Below are positions 1-13,957 of a stretch of 64,000 nucleotides of DNA, one piece after another; position 1 is the first letter of the stretch; every line of letters starts with the position of its first letter. The DNA is taken from assembly GCA_951406725.2 (NCBI GenBank), contig OX597828.1:14942001-15006000 (forward strand). The letters are read 5' to 3'. Origin of the DNA: Octopus vulgaris. Lineage: Eukaryota. Below the pieces are notes generated by a model, which saw nothing but the letters and a program-made list of their open reading frames with translations, was not told the DNA's origin and did not search any database. The position numbers and the translations under genes are program-made.

Positions 1-2295
1 TAGTCAATCCTTCTTATACTTAATTCTCTTAGAAGAGTCATTGTGAGGTGTCTTCTCTCAACATTAGAATCATTCTAAAACTTTTCTGTTCACCTAGTTC
101 TTATCATCCATCATCTTAGACTGTGTAAATAAATGTAAGTAGTTAATGATCATTGAATGATTTATAACTTGAGTAAGTGGGTCATTCTCTTAAGGTGACC
201 CAGTGCCTGTACTTTTATTGTTAAACTTCTGACTACAAGAGGAAGACTGATGCTTATTAATGCTACAACTATCACTATATGCATATTTTTAAAGTCCAAT
301 ACGTGCCTATAATGCTAACATTTGGATTAAAACTAATGTTTTTTCACAAATCACTATGATTTATGATACAGCATGTTGATCATTCTAATAGTTATATTGC
401 ATTGAAATAATTTGTACTTTATACTTTCAAAATACAAAACCTTCATAATTTCATAGTTTTTACTTACAGTGTCTTTTATCTCTAACATTTCTTTTTTATA
501 AATCATTAAATCACTGATGAGTGTTGTTGTTATTGCTTAGTCCCTAGTCAACCTGTCTTTTTCGTTTTTTCTTGAAATGTGTATTAAAAATTTCATACAG
601 CATTTCTTTTTCAAGACATGAAGACATGATTTGAGGGAGATTTGACTGTTATTTCTTGTAGAATGAGCAACTGCTTGTGATTTTATCATTAGCTTGTAGA
701 AGGTTCCTCATTAAGATGATTTCATTAAAAGAAATTACTTCTCTAATTTTTAAAGTCTATTACTGATAAAATCACTTCTTTTGCAAAACATTGAATTAAA
801 TATTCTTTGAGCCAAAAAGGAACCATTATAGAGTGCTAAACCTACTAGAATTAGCAGCTAAATTTCCTTCAAATCACAATCTACTGTTTTAAAAGGGGAA
901 GGTATCCTTCCCCCACTTTTTTTTTTTTTCCTTTTTTGCATGTGCATATGTATGCATGTATTTGTGTCTTTGTCCATGTGTATGACTCTGCATGTGTTTT
1001 CAGACATGATGTGTGACAGACAATATGATCATAGCTAGAATGTTTTTGACCATAAGCCTGCTTAATCTGGGCTAACACACATACACTCATACACAAACTC
1101 TCTCTCTCTCTCACACACACACGTGCATGTATAGACAATGAGCTTCCATGCCTTTCTTATTTCTTTATTGCCCACAAGGGGCTAAACATAGAGGGGATAA
1201 ACAAGGACAGACAAAGGGATTAAGTCGATGAGATCAACCCCAGTGTGTAACCGGTACTTAATTTATTGACTCCGAAAGGATGAAAGGCAAAGTCAACCAC
1301 AGCGGAATTTGAACTCCTAACGAAATACCGCTAAGCATTTCGCCCGGTGTGCTAATGATTCTGCCAACTGACCGCCTTTCTGCCTTTTATGCCTTTCTGT
1401 CTACCAAAATGTACTATAAGGTCTAAGTCAAACTAAGTCTATATAGAAAACATTTGCCCAAGATGTGATGATGTGCTTCAGAGCAAACTTGTTAACCATA
1501 CAGTTGTAAAGCGAATATGACCAAAATAAATAAGAGACAGAAGAACCAAGTGAAAGAAGTTCTTAGAACTCTTGACTTCTTTGTATTAGTGACAAAAATG
1601 TTTCATGGTTTCTGTGCAGAGGGCAGAGACAGCATGAGGTCAGAGTAAGAAATATGATATTGTAGGTTCTGAGTGCAGAAGAACTGGTGTGATTAGAAAA
1701 TAATATTCACTTTGGTCTTTTGCAAGATCTATTACAATTTATATGAAACTCTTTCTCTCTCTTTCTCTAAGAACATTTAGTTGCTGTTAGCCCCAAGTTA
1801 GTCCTGAATGAAGTAGGCTTACGATCAAAGGCATAGCTATGTGGTTACGACGTTTGCCTCCCATGTTTTTGGATTAAGTCCCACTGTGCAATATCTTGGA
1901 TAAATGTCACCAACAGAAGCCTCGTGAATGGATTTGGTATACGGATATTGAAAGAAGCCCATCATATAATAAGCATTTATGTATGTGTGAGCTTTTGTTT
2001 GTTTACATTTGCAACTTTATAACAGTTGCTACTGGCTGTGTTATTTTAATTTCTCCTATCAACTTGTCTGATTGCTTTGTGTCTTTGTACATATGTGAAA
2101 TAAGAGATTTCTTACTTAAAAACATATAAGGATTAAGTAGAGGAAGGACATCTGGCTTCAATAATGAATTCACCTAACCTATGCATACATAGGAAAATGG
2201 ATGTAAAATGAATGGTCATTCTGCACCCCTAAATTGATGATTACTTTTTAGTGTGTGTAGTTATGATCCTCCTCAGTTAAGCATACAATATATCG

Positions 2296-2945
2296 CAGTG
2301 GTTCTCAATCAGGGTCCATCTGGCCCTTGTGGGGTCCATATAAGATTTTGTTGTTGAAACTTATACTCTTTTACTTGTTTCAGTCATTTGACTGTGGCCA
2401 TGCTGGAGCACTGCCTTTAGTCGAGCAAATCGACCCCAAGACTTATTCTTTGTAAGCCTAGTACTTATTCTATCGGTCTCTTTTGCTGAACCACTAAGTT
2501 ACGGGAGCGTAAACACACCAACATCGGTTGTCAAGCGATGTTGAGGGGACAAACACAGACACACACACACACATATATATATACATATACACGACAGACC
2601 TCTTTTTAGTTTCCGTCTACCAAATCCCCTCACAAGGCTTTGGTCGGCCCAAGACTATAGTAGAAGACACTTGCCCAAGGTGCCACACTGTGAGACTGAA
2701 CACGGAACCATGTGGTTGGTAAGCAAGCTACTTACCACACAGCCACTCCTGCGCCTTATGTGCAATAAATTGTTTATACTTCTACAATACACAAAACACT
2801 TTTACAGTTTTCTTATAAAATTTCTAGTAATATAAAATTTAAAAAATATAACAAGGTTTCTTAAACATGGAATAGCTGTGAGGGTCCATCTGAGTAAGAT
2901 AGGAATCAAAGGTTTCCATAGGTAAAATATGGTTAAGAACCATTG
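2296..2945. mobile_element. hAT-type MITE (split by a SINE)
   Basis: TIRs CAGTGGTTCTCAA / TTAAGAACCATTG; imperfect 8-bp TSD atatatcg / atttatcc. Confidence 0.7.
2364..2755 (-). mobile_element. tRNA-derived SINE family A (~390 bp), inside a hAT-type MITE
   Basis: Head GGCGCAGGAGTGGCTGTGTGGTAAGTAGC with A/B-box-like motifs, internal (TA)/(TG) tract, tail GACTGAAACAAGTAAAA. More than 10 copies in the window. Confidence 0.88.
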
Positions 2946-3942
2946 ATTTATCCAAAACAACAAATCTGAGTTATGCTTAGTAGTTCAGCTTATCTGTGCA
3001 GCATTGATCTTTTAGATCAGAGCTAAACCTTGAGCTTTACAACACCACCAACACATATACCACCTCTAGCAGCCTGACACTCTGTCAGTTACAACAACGA
3101 GGGTTCCAATTGATCCGATCAACAGAACAGCCTGCTTGTGAAATTAACATGCAAATGGTTGAGCATTCAACGGACATGTGTAACCTTAACGTGGTTCTCA
3201 GGGCGATTCAGCGTGATGCAGAATGTGACAAGACTTGCCCTTTGACATACAGGTACAACTCATTTTTTTGCCAGCTGAATGGACTCGAGAAACATGAAAT
3301 AAAGTGCCTCGCTCAAGGACACAACATGCTGCAGGGAATCAAACTCACAACCTTATGATCGTGAAACGAATACCCTGAACCAGTAATGCTTATATGGCCT
3401 AAAAGATGGGATGGTTGTGGTTGGAATATCTGTGATCCTATTTCATAATCTGCTTGATCAGAGCTGACCTAGCACTAAGCAAAAATAAACAACCTATCTG
3501 ACCAGTCCATTTCTGATTGTTTTGGGTTCCTACCTAATTTGTTTTTCCTACATCTTTAACAAAGCTACTTCCTATTTCCCATGTGAATATAGACAAATGT
3601 ATTCTTTGCTATTCATTGATATTATGTCCCTCCTGCTAGATGTGTGCCAGTGTTAGAATTTGTTGACAATTATTATATTCCTTGTAAGGTTTACATTAGA
3701 AATTATCATCATCATTGTGATTTTGATATTTGCTTTTCTAGGTTTGCATGGATGGGACAGGGTCTATTGAGGCAAAGCTGGATGCCCCCACCTGTTCCTA
3801 AGCCAGGTAATACTTTGCCATAACCAGATAGGTTTTCACAGAATATTAGAAAACGAATGACACCACTTATATGACAGTGACACTCCTTTACAACTACAAG
3901 ATAATGTCTAGACAAGGAGACACAAACATACATACTCACATA

Positions 3943-3987
<45 letters not shown>

Positions 3988-4059
3988 AATAATAATATTA
4001 GGGAGTATATCTCCAAACTTACAGGAAGAATTCAATTTAGTATTAAATCAAATTTCACA

Positions 4060-4101
<42 letters not shown>

Positions 4102-5112
4102 AAGAGAAAAACCACTATTATGTACTTTATTGTGATCTAGGTAAATGTTTTATCATATATTTTATTTTTTCTATTTGGTATGATTTACGTCTCTCATTGT
4201 TTGACTTACATAATAGTGGTTTTTCTCTAATCTATATATATATACACACACACACGCATATACGAATGTATATGTTTATGTCTCCTTGTCTTGGTATGTT
4301 GTTGTAATATTTGTAAATAAGTGTCACTGTCCATACAAGCAGCGTCATTTGTTTGCAATGTTCTATGAAAACATGTCTGGCCATGGCAAGAAGGGCATCT
4401 GGCTGTAGAAAGATCTGCTTCAATAAACCCCATAACCCATGTAAGTATGGGAAATCATAATAATTTAACATCCATTTGGATGGTTCAACAGGAGTTGGTA
4501 AGGCCAGGAGTTGCACTAGACACCCTTGTTTCTTTTGGCTTGGTTTCTACAGCTGGATGCCCTTCTTAATGGCAGTCACGTTACAGAGTGTACTGAGTGC
4601 TTTTTACATGGCACCAGTACCGGGTCTTTAAAATGATGGGGATGATGAGTGTGTCTTTGTCAATGTCTTTGATGATTTGGAGCTCGGATAACTGGGTTTT
4701 AGTTCTATATTTTTGCAACTGGTTTCATTGGCCATTATATTGTTGTTGTTGTAGTTGTTTATATCCTAGTCAGCCCTGATTCAACCAAGCTATGATCAAA
4801 GTTATTCCATCCATGACCACCTTTACTTTTTTTTTTTTTATCAGACATTGTTTGTTTAGAGATATACTGACATGTCTTGAGAGAAAGATGCAATAAAAGA
4901 GAAATTTAATTGCAGCTAGTCATTGTTGTTGCTCAGCTCCAGATCAACACTGGTTTCGTTAACTTTATGAAAGACCATCATGACTTAGGTGCAAATCTAG
5001 GACGCATATAGTTTGCTCTCTTTTTTAAGGCATTACAATGCAATTTTAGGGAGATTTTGTTGCTATTTCTAGCAGATCAAGTGACTGTTAAGAGGCTTTG
5101 TTGGCAGCAGCA

Positions 5113-5315
5113 GCTTCTTCATCTTCATAGTTGTCTTCTTCTGCATATTCTTTTACCACCATCTTCTTTTCTTTGTCATCATCGTCTCATTTTTCTTCTC
5201 CTTCTTCCCTTTTTTATTCAGCTTCTTCTTTTACTTCTTTGTCTTCTCTTTCTTCATCATCTTTTCCTTCTTCATCTTCTCTTTCTTCATCTCTTTTTTC
5301 GTTGTCTTCTTCATT
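5113..5315. repeat. pyrimidine-rich (CTT/TCA) low-complexity tract
   Basis: Directly visible; the source of the Ser-rich and Leu-rich spurious ORFs. Confidence 0.85.
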
Positions 5316-5819
5316 GCTGCTGCTCTTTAATCCTAGGCAACTCTGTTGGAACAGAGCAGGACTCCTTGTCACAGAAATAATTTATCAAAGATTTAGGAAA
5401 CAAACTCCTTAGTGTTATGGGGGGGGGTGCGGTGGGGAAGAAGAGGGCCAACCATGCTGTTCACTAATGTGATGGAGGAGGTGGCATAAAATACACAGCA
5501 GCTTACCTTGATTAATATCATTCAATCAAACTTAGAACTAAGGCGATTCCTGCTTTTCTGAGCAAAATGTCTTTAGCCATGAAATAAAGATTAAGTGGGA
5601 ATTTGATTAAAAAAAACAGAACAAACAAACCTTCCTTCCCTGCTCTCATACACACATTAAATGTTTGCCAGAAAGCCCTCCTGTGGCTTGCTGAGTGCCC
5701 CCTTGACATTGATCTTGACTGATGCGATAATGATGGTGATGATGATTGGTAGGTGTTTATTCTTTTCATTCGTAGGACTGTGGCTATGCTGGAGCACTGC
5801 CTTGAGTTATTTTCTATCA

Positions 5820-6047
5820 GTTTTGTTGTTACTTTATAGCAAGAGGTAGGTCTGTGATTGAGTTTGTAACAGCTGATCTTCCTTGAGGGTATATTTGAAT
5901 GGTTGACTGGTCCAGTATCACTGTTATGAATTTATCCAACGTTTTTCTGGATTATTTCAGTAGAAGTTCCTTATATATTTCGGGTTTCTTTAGGTAAGCA
6001 GCTGAACAGCTGAGGACCTCTAAATATCAGACTGGTACGATAGCGGT
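5820..6047 (-). mobile_element. CR1-like LINE C-terminal fragment
   Basis: Minus strand reads SLIFRGPQLFSCLPKE.RN and KTLDKFI..ILDQ. Confidence 0.45.
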
Positions 6048-6229
6048 TTTTTTAAAAAAAAAGGGTAATGTCATTTCTGTTCCTATGTAACTGTATGTCT
6101 TTGCCATCAGACTGGAATTTTTTTCCCTTTCTTTTGTGTAGTCTTCTAACTATTGGTTTGTTGCTATTCCATTTATCTCACACTTGTTTTAGTCATTGGA
6201 ATGGGGAACTATCCTGAAACTTTAATCAA

Positions 6230-6625
6230 GTGACTGTGTGGTAAGTAGCTTGCTTACCAACCACATGGTTCCAGGTTCAGTCCCGCTTTGTGGCACCTTG
6301 GGCAAGTGTCTTCTACTATAGCCTTGGGCCGACCAAAGCCTTGTGAGTGGATTTGGTAGACAGAAACTGAAAGAAGCCCATAGTATATTTGTACATATAT
6401 ATATATATATGTGTGTGTGTGTATGTGTCTATGTTTGTCACCCCAACATCGCTTGACAACCAATGCTGGTGTGTTTACGTCCTCGTAAACTTTGTGGTTT
6501 GGCAAAAGGGACCGATAGAATAAGTACTAGGCTTACAAAGAATAAGTCCTGGGGTCGATTTGCTCGACTAAAGGCGGTGCTCCAGCATGGCCGCAGTCAA
6601 ATGACTGAAACAAGTAAAAGAGTAA
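6230..6625 (+). mobile_element. SINE family A copy
   Basis: Colinear with the other copies. Confidence 0.88.
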
Positions 6626-6973
6626 ACAAATTATCCCCAGTACTTACTTTTTTGCATTCTATTGATCTCTTTTGTCAAACTGCTAAGCTACAGGAACAAT
6701 GATATATGCAGACATAGACATACATGTGTGTGGTGTGTGCCAGTGTCACATAAAAGCACTTGTGTCGGTGCCACATTAAGAGCACCCAACACACACAGTT
6801 AAGTGACTGGCTTTAGGAAGGACATTAAGCTGTAGAAACCGATTCAAATCAGACTGGAACCTGGTGCAGCTCTCCTCTTTCCCAGCTCTGGTCAAACTGT
6901 CCAGCCCATGCTGGCATGGAAAACGGACATTAAAGGATGATGGTGGTATGTGATTGACTTTCAAATAGTTTCC

Positions 6974-7202
6974 TTATTTCTTTATTGCCCACAAGGGGCT
7001 AAACATAGACGAGAGAAACAAAGACAGACAAACAGATTAAGTCAATTTCATCGACCTCAGTGCATAACTGGTACTTAATTTATTGACCCCGAAAGGATGA
7101 AAGGCAAAGTCGACCTCGGTGGAATTTGAACTCAGAACGTAATGGCAGGCGAAATACTGCTAAGCATTTCGCCTGGCATGCTAACGTTTCTGCCAGCTCG
7201 CT
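6974..7202 (-). mobile_element. SINE family B copy
   Basis: Flanked by the TTTCAAATAGTTTC direct repeat. Similar copy at 1158-1376 (-). Confidence 0.85.
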
Positions 7203-7475
7203 GTATTTTCAAATAGTTTCTGTCTACCAAATTCACTCACAAGGCATTGGTTGAGACAGGGATATAGTAAAAGACACTTACCCAAGTTGTGGTATGGGAC
7301 TGAACCTGCAATCACATGGTTGCAAAGCATGCCTCTCAACTACACAACCATTCTTTATCTAGACAACTATAACAAATCTATGATAAAAACTGCAGTGTTT
7401 TTACTTCCCAAATTTTTTATTTAAAATAATACATGATAACATAATTAGTTATTTTATTTCTGTATTTCTTTTCAG

Positions 7476-7518
7476 AAAATGAATATATGTTACTTATCTT
7501 TTCCTGATTCCAATTCTG
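7476..7518 (+). CDS. DENND6: DENND6/FAM116-family Rab GEF, internal coding exon 1 of window (KMNICYLSFPDSNS-G)
   Basis: Acceptor tttcag, donor gtaagt. 43 nt, phase 0 to 1. Peptide matches the conserved DENND6 motif NICYLSFPDSNSG. Confidence 0.93.
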
Positions 7519-7847
7519 GTAAGTAAACTTTTTCTACCATTGCTTTATAGCTTTATTACAATTTGGTTTTATTTTTAAATCTAATTTTCCATGCCTGTAT
7601 TAGTCAGACAAGACTACATTGAGGTAGATTTTTCTGCAGCCAATTGCCCTTCTAGACACCATCCATCTCTTGTTTCCAAGCAAGGTGATAATAAATAATA
7701 TCTTAGTTTATCAAACAAAAACCATTTTGCAGAGGATTGCAAATGACACTGTCTTTATCAATGACAGGGATTTTCTTCACAATCAGCATGTAAAGACAAG
7801 GTGAAATATAAACTTAGTCACAACACACACCAGCATGTATATGTATA

Positions 7848-7918
<71 letters not shown>

Positions 7919-7919
7919 G

Positions 7920-8078
7920 GAGCAATAAGAAAATGGAGGGTATCAATAGGTGATCCATCAACTTATGTGTCTATATTCTTGTAATTGTCAGTTTAGTAAA
8001 TAAATAAATAAGTTAACATAATATAATGTCTAAAAGTTGATGAACCACCTATTGATCCCCTCCATTTTCTTATTGCTC
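7920..8078. repeat. ~45-bp inverted repeat within a microsatellite-flanked element (7920-8255)
   Basis: GAGCAATAAGAAAATGGAGGG...CATCAACTT pairs with AAGTTGATG...CCCTCCATTTTCTTATTGCTC. Confidence 0.8.
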
Positions 8079-8254
8079 TATAAATTAATGGTAAAATATC
8101 TCTTTACCTTCACCCATTTAGAACATTCGGTAATGTAATTGCAATGCAATAAAAAAACACTTGTGTATTAATAATTGGGTATTCTACCAGTAGTATATTG
8201 GAAAGATATTATCCCTTAGTTGGTTGGATTCACAACCTCTAACTTTCTTGGAGT

Positions 8255-8286
<32 letters not shown>

Positions 8287-8454
8287 GTGAGGGCACATGG
8301 CTCAGTGGTTAGGGTGTTGCACTGACGATCACTAGATCATGATTTCAATTCCTAGACTGGGAGCTCCAATGTGTTCGTGAACAAAACAAATTGGTCTGTA
8401 ATCACTTTGACACCTGACGAGTGGTACACAGTGCACTTGTTCAGACAAGCCATA

Positions 8455-8615
8455 TTATGGCTTTTGAGCCATTTCGGGTTTTCTTGTTTCAGCCATATGT
8501 AGAAGCTGGCTTTGTCGACTGCCTCCCGTATCCTCCTTATTAGTTTTCTCAGCTCTGAGCTCAAAAATGCAAACCTTCTTTTAAATAACGTCACCATTTT
8601 CCTTTCAATGAAGCC
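8455..8615 (-). mobile_element. C-terminal fragment of a restriction-like-endonuclease non-LTR retrotransposon (HERO-like)
   Basis: Minus strand reads [15 protein letters not shown]...IRRIREAVDKASFYIWLKQENPKW, resembling the GF...A.RAS.W(L/I)WLKR C-terminus of HERO-type elements (from memory). Confidence 0.55.
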
Positions 8616-8675
8616 TATATATGTGTGTGTGTGTGTATATATATGTATGTATGTATGTGTGTATATATATATGTA

Positions 8676-8718
<43 letters not shown>

Positions 8719-8772
8719 GTATGTGTATGTATATATATATATATTTATGTATGTGTATGTATATATATATAT

Positions 8773-9011
8773 CATGTTGATTCGCTAGCTTTTGCACGCA
8801 TATTTTTTTCTCTCCTTCTTTCTGTGTTTTTTTTCTCTGTGTATCTTTCTGTTGAAGAGCGTAGGCTCGAAACGTTAAAGACTTGTTTCATTTATATTTC
8901 CTGAGCGCCATACTAATACAGTTGTTTGTTTGTATTCCACCTGCCTTCGTCTTTTGTTTATTTCCGTAAACCTGCCTTCGTCTTTTGTCTATTTTCATAA
9001 AGCTTACCGTT
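8773..9011 (+). mobile_element. small (TA)n-embedded element with a minimal hammerhead-like motif (8844-8881)
   Basis: TCTTT-CTGTTGA-A-GAGC(GTAG)GCTC-GAAA-CGTT-AAAGA; (TA)n on both flanks; homologous to 54955-55143. Confidence 0.7.
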
Positions 9012-9872
9012 ATATATATATATATATATAGGTAGAGGATGCTTGGACTAGGAATTAAGGTGCTGCATTCACAAGATTGCAAGACCTTAACTAGATTGTA
9101 GTTTCAATTCCTACAACAGTTGGTGTGTTGTGTTCTTGAGGATAAAACTTCATTTCATATTGCTCTGTGGTCACTTCAAAATCTGACGTGTGCCACACCA
9201 TACACTTATACAGACAATATTGATTTTGTGGAGGAAGTGAGCTTATGTACAGCACAAGCTTTGATCACTATAAACAAATCATCTGCACAGGTTGTTCAGC
9301 AAGAAATTTAGGAATCCTCACTTGTCATTTACAACAGGAGAGTCCACCAAATATATTTATCTCCACTTAAATATGGATGTTCATTTTGAACAACCTATAC
9401 TGTAGTAAATATGAATTCTGCTAAAGGCAGCAGACCAAGTGATACATTTAACTGGGTTAAGTAGCACCCTATGGTGATATCATTATTATCATAGTTTTGC
9501 TAATGATGGTGATGATGATGATAAACTTGCACTAAGAATAAGACCATGGTAACATTACTACCTGCTTTTATAGCAAGTTCATGCTGGTAGTTTATCCTAC
9601 CCCACTCTGACTTTTAGTTCATGCAATTGAAAATACTGCATTATTCATGGGATGACTCAATATAAATGTAGGCTGCAAATTTTGGCTGTTTTGGGGGAGG
9701 GGCTAAGCCGGTTAAATTAACCCCAGTGCTCAACTGGTACTTATTTTATTGACCTCCGAAAGGATGGAAGGCAAAGTCAACCCCAGCAGAATTTGAACCC
9801 AGAACATAGATGAAATACCACTAAGCATTTTGTCAAGTGTGCAAACAATTCTGCCAGCTTACCTTTTATGTA

Positions 9873-10345
9873 TCATCGTCATCATCATCATCGTTTAACG
9901 TCCGCTTTCCATGCTAGCATGGGTTGGACAATTTGACTGAGGACTGGCAAACCAGATGGCTGCACCAGGCTCCGATCTGATCTGGCAGAGTTTCTACAGC
10001 TGGATGCCCTTCCTAATGCCAACCACTCCAAGAGTGTAGAGGGTGCTTTTATGTGCCACCAGCACGAGGACCGGTCTGGCAGTACTGGCAACAGCCACAC
10101 TCAAAAGGTGTTTTTTACATACCACCTGCACGGGAGTCAGTCCAGCGGCACTGGCAACGACCTCACTCAAATGTTTTGTTCACGTGCCACTGGCACAAGT
10201 ACCAGTGAGGCAACGCTGGTAACGATCATGCTCAAATGGTACTTTTTACGTGCCACCAGCACGGAAGCCAGACAGCTGCTCTGGCAGGGGTGCCAGTCAT
10301 CGAATTTGGTTCAATTTCGATTTCACTTGCCCCAACAGGTCTTCA
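9873..10345 (-). mobile_element. RTE LINE 3' UTR copy
   Basis: Same core and (GAT)n tail as 60166-60905, with internal GGTGGCAC subrepeats. Confidence 0.8.
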
Positions 10346-13300
10346 CAAGCATACACACACATACATACACACACACACACATGCATACATACATACACAC
10401 ACACAAAAGAATTTGCACCCATGCCAGCATGGAAAGTGGACATTAAATGATGATGATGATGAATCTCCTCCTCTATGCTTGTCCCTCTATCATACTTTAA
10501 CTTTTCAACAGCTGGCCTTTTGCCAGCTGATATTGATGCTCTTCACAGTCCTGCAGCTCGTTGAATCCCGTCAAACCGTCCAACCCATGCCAGCATGGGA
10601 AGTGGACATTAAATGATGACGATGCTGATGATGATACATATGCACATGTATGGCTTATCACACTGAACGTGTCAAGTATCTTTAAAAGACATCAGTAACA
10701 AATGTAAAACTTTGAAGGAATACAATGATTCCCCTTCTCTTTTTTCTTTCTTTTCATACCTTGGTTATTTATTATTATTCTTAGATTTTATCAGCTTTAA
10801 AAAAACAAAAAGCTGAAACAGTTGTGTTTTTACTGGGGGTTTTTTTTTTTTTTGGTTTTGGTTTTTTTAATAGATGTTGGGAACTGTTTGACCTTCATTC
10901 AAATCAGATATGAACATCTGATAAACTACAAATATTAATATTACATGAGAGGAAGTTGTTATATTGATAAAGAGTGTGTGTGTGTGTGTGTGTGTAAATT
11001 GTTTTGTGACTATTTGGCATGTTGTATTAATTTTACTATGCAGTATAATGTTTAATTTATTGGTGTGTGTATGTGTGTGTGTGTTATTTCTAGCTGAAAT
11101 AAAGAGATGAGTTTTGAAAGCTTGACAGAGAAAAACCAACAACAAAACAAAACCATTGATATTTGAATACTTCAATAACATTTCAATTAACCATCTTGCT
11201 AATGTTATTGTCTACTGGCGTTTACCACACAAAAGCGAGCGCTGGCAAATGTTTCAGCTCCTTCACCATCATGGTCAGAGATGTTTCTCCCAACTCTTGT
11301 TGGTATTTTTGTGGTTTGGACCCAAGTGAGCCCTAATCACAGAGACCTATGGTCCAAGACATTCTTGTCACAGCCATCTCTGATTTTTTTTCCCACCTCT
11401 TTTTATCAGATCCACCCTTCTAGGTTGTGATATGAGTGTGATTTAGCTACTATTTTTGACAGGCTTCTTTGTTATCTTGTCTCTAGCTGTTGTTGGGATT
11501 GATTATGTCAACTATACTCTCCACTCCACCCCAGAGAAATATGTGTGATCATGTACATACCTAAGTGGAGGCACATGGCTTTGTGATTAGGACATTGGGC
11601 TAATGATTGTAAGACTTCAATTCATGGTTTCAATTCCTGGACTTCATTCAAATTGCTCCAGTCCACTCAGCTGGTAAAGATGAGTTATCCTGTAACAGAC
11701 TGGCCTCCCATCCACAGAGGAATATATATGCCAGAGAAACCAAGAAACCAGCCCTATCATCCTTACAGAGTAATTTGGACTAACCATGTACATACTTGGA
11801 CGATCAGTGAAATTCCAACCATGACCATCATGTCTTATTTTCAGACAATGGATTTTATTATGTGTACATGTTGGTGATAAAACTCATTGATGTTATTTTA
11901 TATATAATATTCCATGTTAAAATTTACAATAATATTCTCTTTCTAATCAATTAGTATCACATAACTATTTCATCAAAGAATATTTAAAATAATGGAATGT
12001 TAGAAATGCCTATTATTATTATTATTATGATTATTATTATTAATTATTATTATTATTATTTCTGCCTTTATTTTCTTTCTTCCCAAGCCATATTGATTTT
12101 TCTGTAAGTTTTCCACTTGGGGAATTTCAAAAGATTTCCTTATTTCAATAACTGTAACCAATTGTTGAGTCACAAGCTTCATCATCGTTCACACATTTTT
12201 TCCCTCCCCTCCTTACTTTCATGTTAAAAATATTCTTCTTTTATTTGGGTTTTTTTTTGTCTGGGAGGAGAAATTGTTGCCTTTTGCTTTTGTATGTGCG
12301 GTTTGTTTTTTGGGGGATTTTATTTGCTTTTTTTTTTCCACATCATTTTCATTGAAAATTTCAAGTTTTCATAAAAATGTTGATTTTTTTTTTTATAAAT
12401 TTAAAAGTGTCAGAACAAAACAAAGAGAGAAGAAAATAAGAAAAACATTTAAGTAGGTTAACCTTTCTGACTTTTCCTTATTAATCTCTTTATATGGAAA
12501 TGAAAAGATGATGGCTACATTGTCTGCTATTTTAAAGATGTGAAATGATTACTCATTATCATGCTTGTTAATGAAAGCAGTGTCATCATCTGCTAATTAC
12601 ATTTTTACTCATCTAATTTTGATACTGTTCATCCTAACAGCTGAAACCCTGTACCCCTTCGTTAGAGGTTGACTTTTCCAGGTATCTACCACCACCTTCT
12701 CCACACACTAATCAGCATTTTGACAGACAAGTTTCTCATTCCTCTATTACTGTTTCTGAAACAAACCAGTGAAAGAATCTCTATGTGGTTTCTAACAGCT
12801 AGAAATAATAGCTAAATTATCTCAAATTACACATTGTCATCTTTAAAAAAAATGGATAGCTTAGAGATCAAAATTCTAGATATACTATGCTTTGAGTAAA
12901 GATGGGATAGTCATAACTGGAATGCTTTTAGTCTCTGGTGGATCAGAGCTGACACATAGCTAAAAACAACAGCTGCTGCTTCTAAAATAGATGTCTGAGT
13001 TGTCTGTAAGTAAGGGAAGATAAGCTGAGCTGTGACTAAGCAATGAATGGCTGGCAAGGTGTGATCTCAACACAGTGGGACTCAGAGAATTTGCAGTTCA
13101 GTCCTTCTGCGGAACTTATAACATGCTTGGCATTTACAGGGGCCAGAAGGTGGAAGGCCATCAGGGTGGCTGTGAAAGGCAATGGAGGCTGTTTCAGTGT
13201 GGCCGTAGATCAGGAAGTGCAAACCCTGGAAGGAGCAGTACTTATAAGAGGTAGTGCTAACTGGACACAAGCTGGAGTTTGATTGACCCTGGTTAGGTCA

Positions 13301-13567
13301 TCTGGATGAGGATGTCTGATGTTGAAAGACTTGAAACACCTAATGACCCCAGGAAACATCATCGATGATACGTGCAAGTGCATCACAGACTGAAGAAGAT
13401 AAAAACTTTAGCGGATAAGTTTTTCCTTACCTCATAGTGCTAAGTTCAACTCCTACTAATTTGTGATTTGGAGGAGTGGCTCTGCTGAAGCTGTTGTTTT
13501 GATAGACTTTCAAGATGTAGTTAACGATCCAATGTTATAGAACTCATTTTCATGCTGCCACTACCAT

Positions 13568-13611
<44 letters not shown>

Positions 13612-13744
13612 TATATACATATATATATATACACACACACACACATATATACACACACACACACACAGAAACTTGTAGATAAACTTGAAGCAACAATGTG
13701 AGATTGCTCATCAACCTACTAGAAATAGTAGCCAAATCACCCTC

Positions 13745-13957
13745 TGTTGTGGAAGGATTCCGACCACCCCTCAAGTGGCTAAAAGTTGGACTGACTCATT
13801 ATTATAATGTAAAGAACTGAGCGATTGGCAGTTCAGGTTGGTAAGCAGCTCACTGAGCTATGATTGAGTGTTGAGTCTCATGTAGTATTAATAGGAGTAC
13901 GCTGTGTAAATACTTTCTCTCCCCCCCCCTACTTCGATATATTATATATCCAATACA
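13745..13957 (+). repeat. probable 5' LTR of the Gypsy element
   Basis: TGTTG...CAATACA termini. Begins where an older repeat is abruptly cut and lies ~95 bp before the gag ATG. PBS not intact and no 3' LTR seen. Confidence 0.45.

Noticed and set aside
5057-5412. Leu-rich and Ser-rich ORFs
   Set aside because: Produced by a CTT/TCA low-complexity tract; no splice or homology support.
8413-8445. CTGACGA followed by a GTG/CAC stem as a hammerhead
   Set aside because: No GAAA or stem III follows; it is part of a SINE body also seen near 9180.
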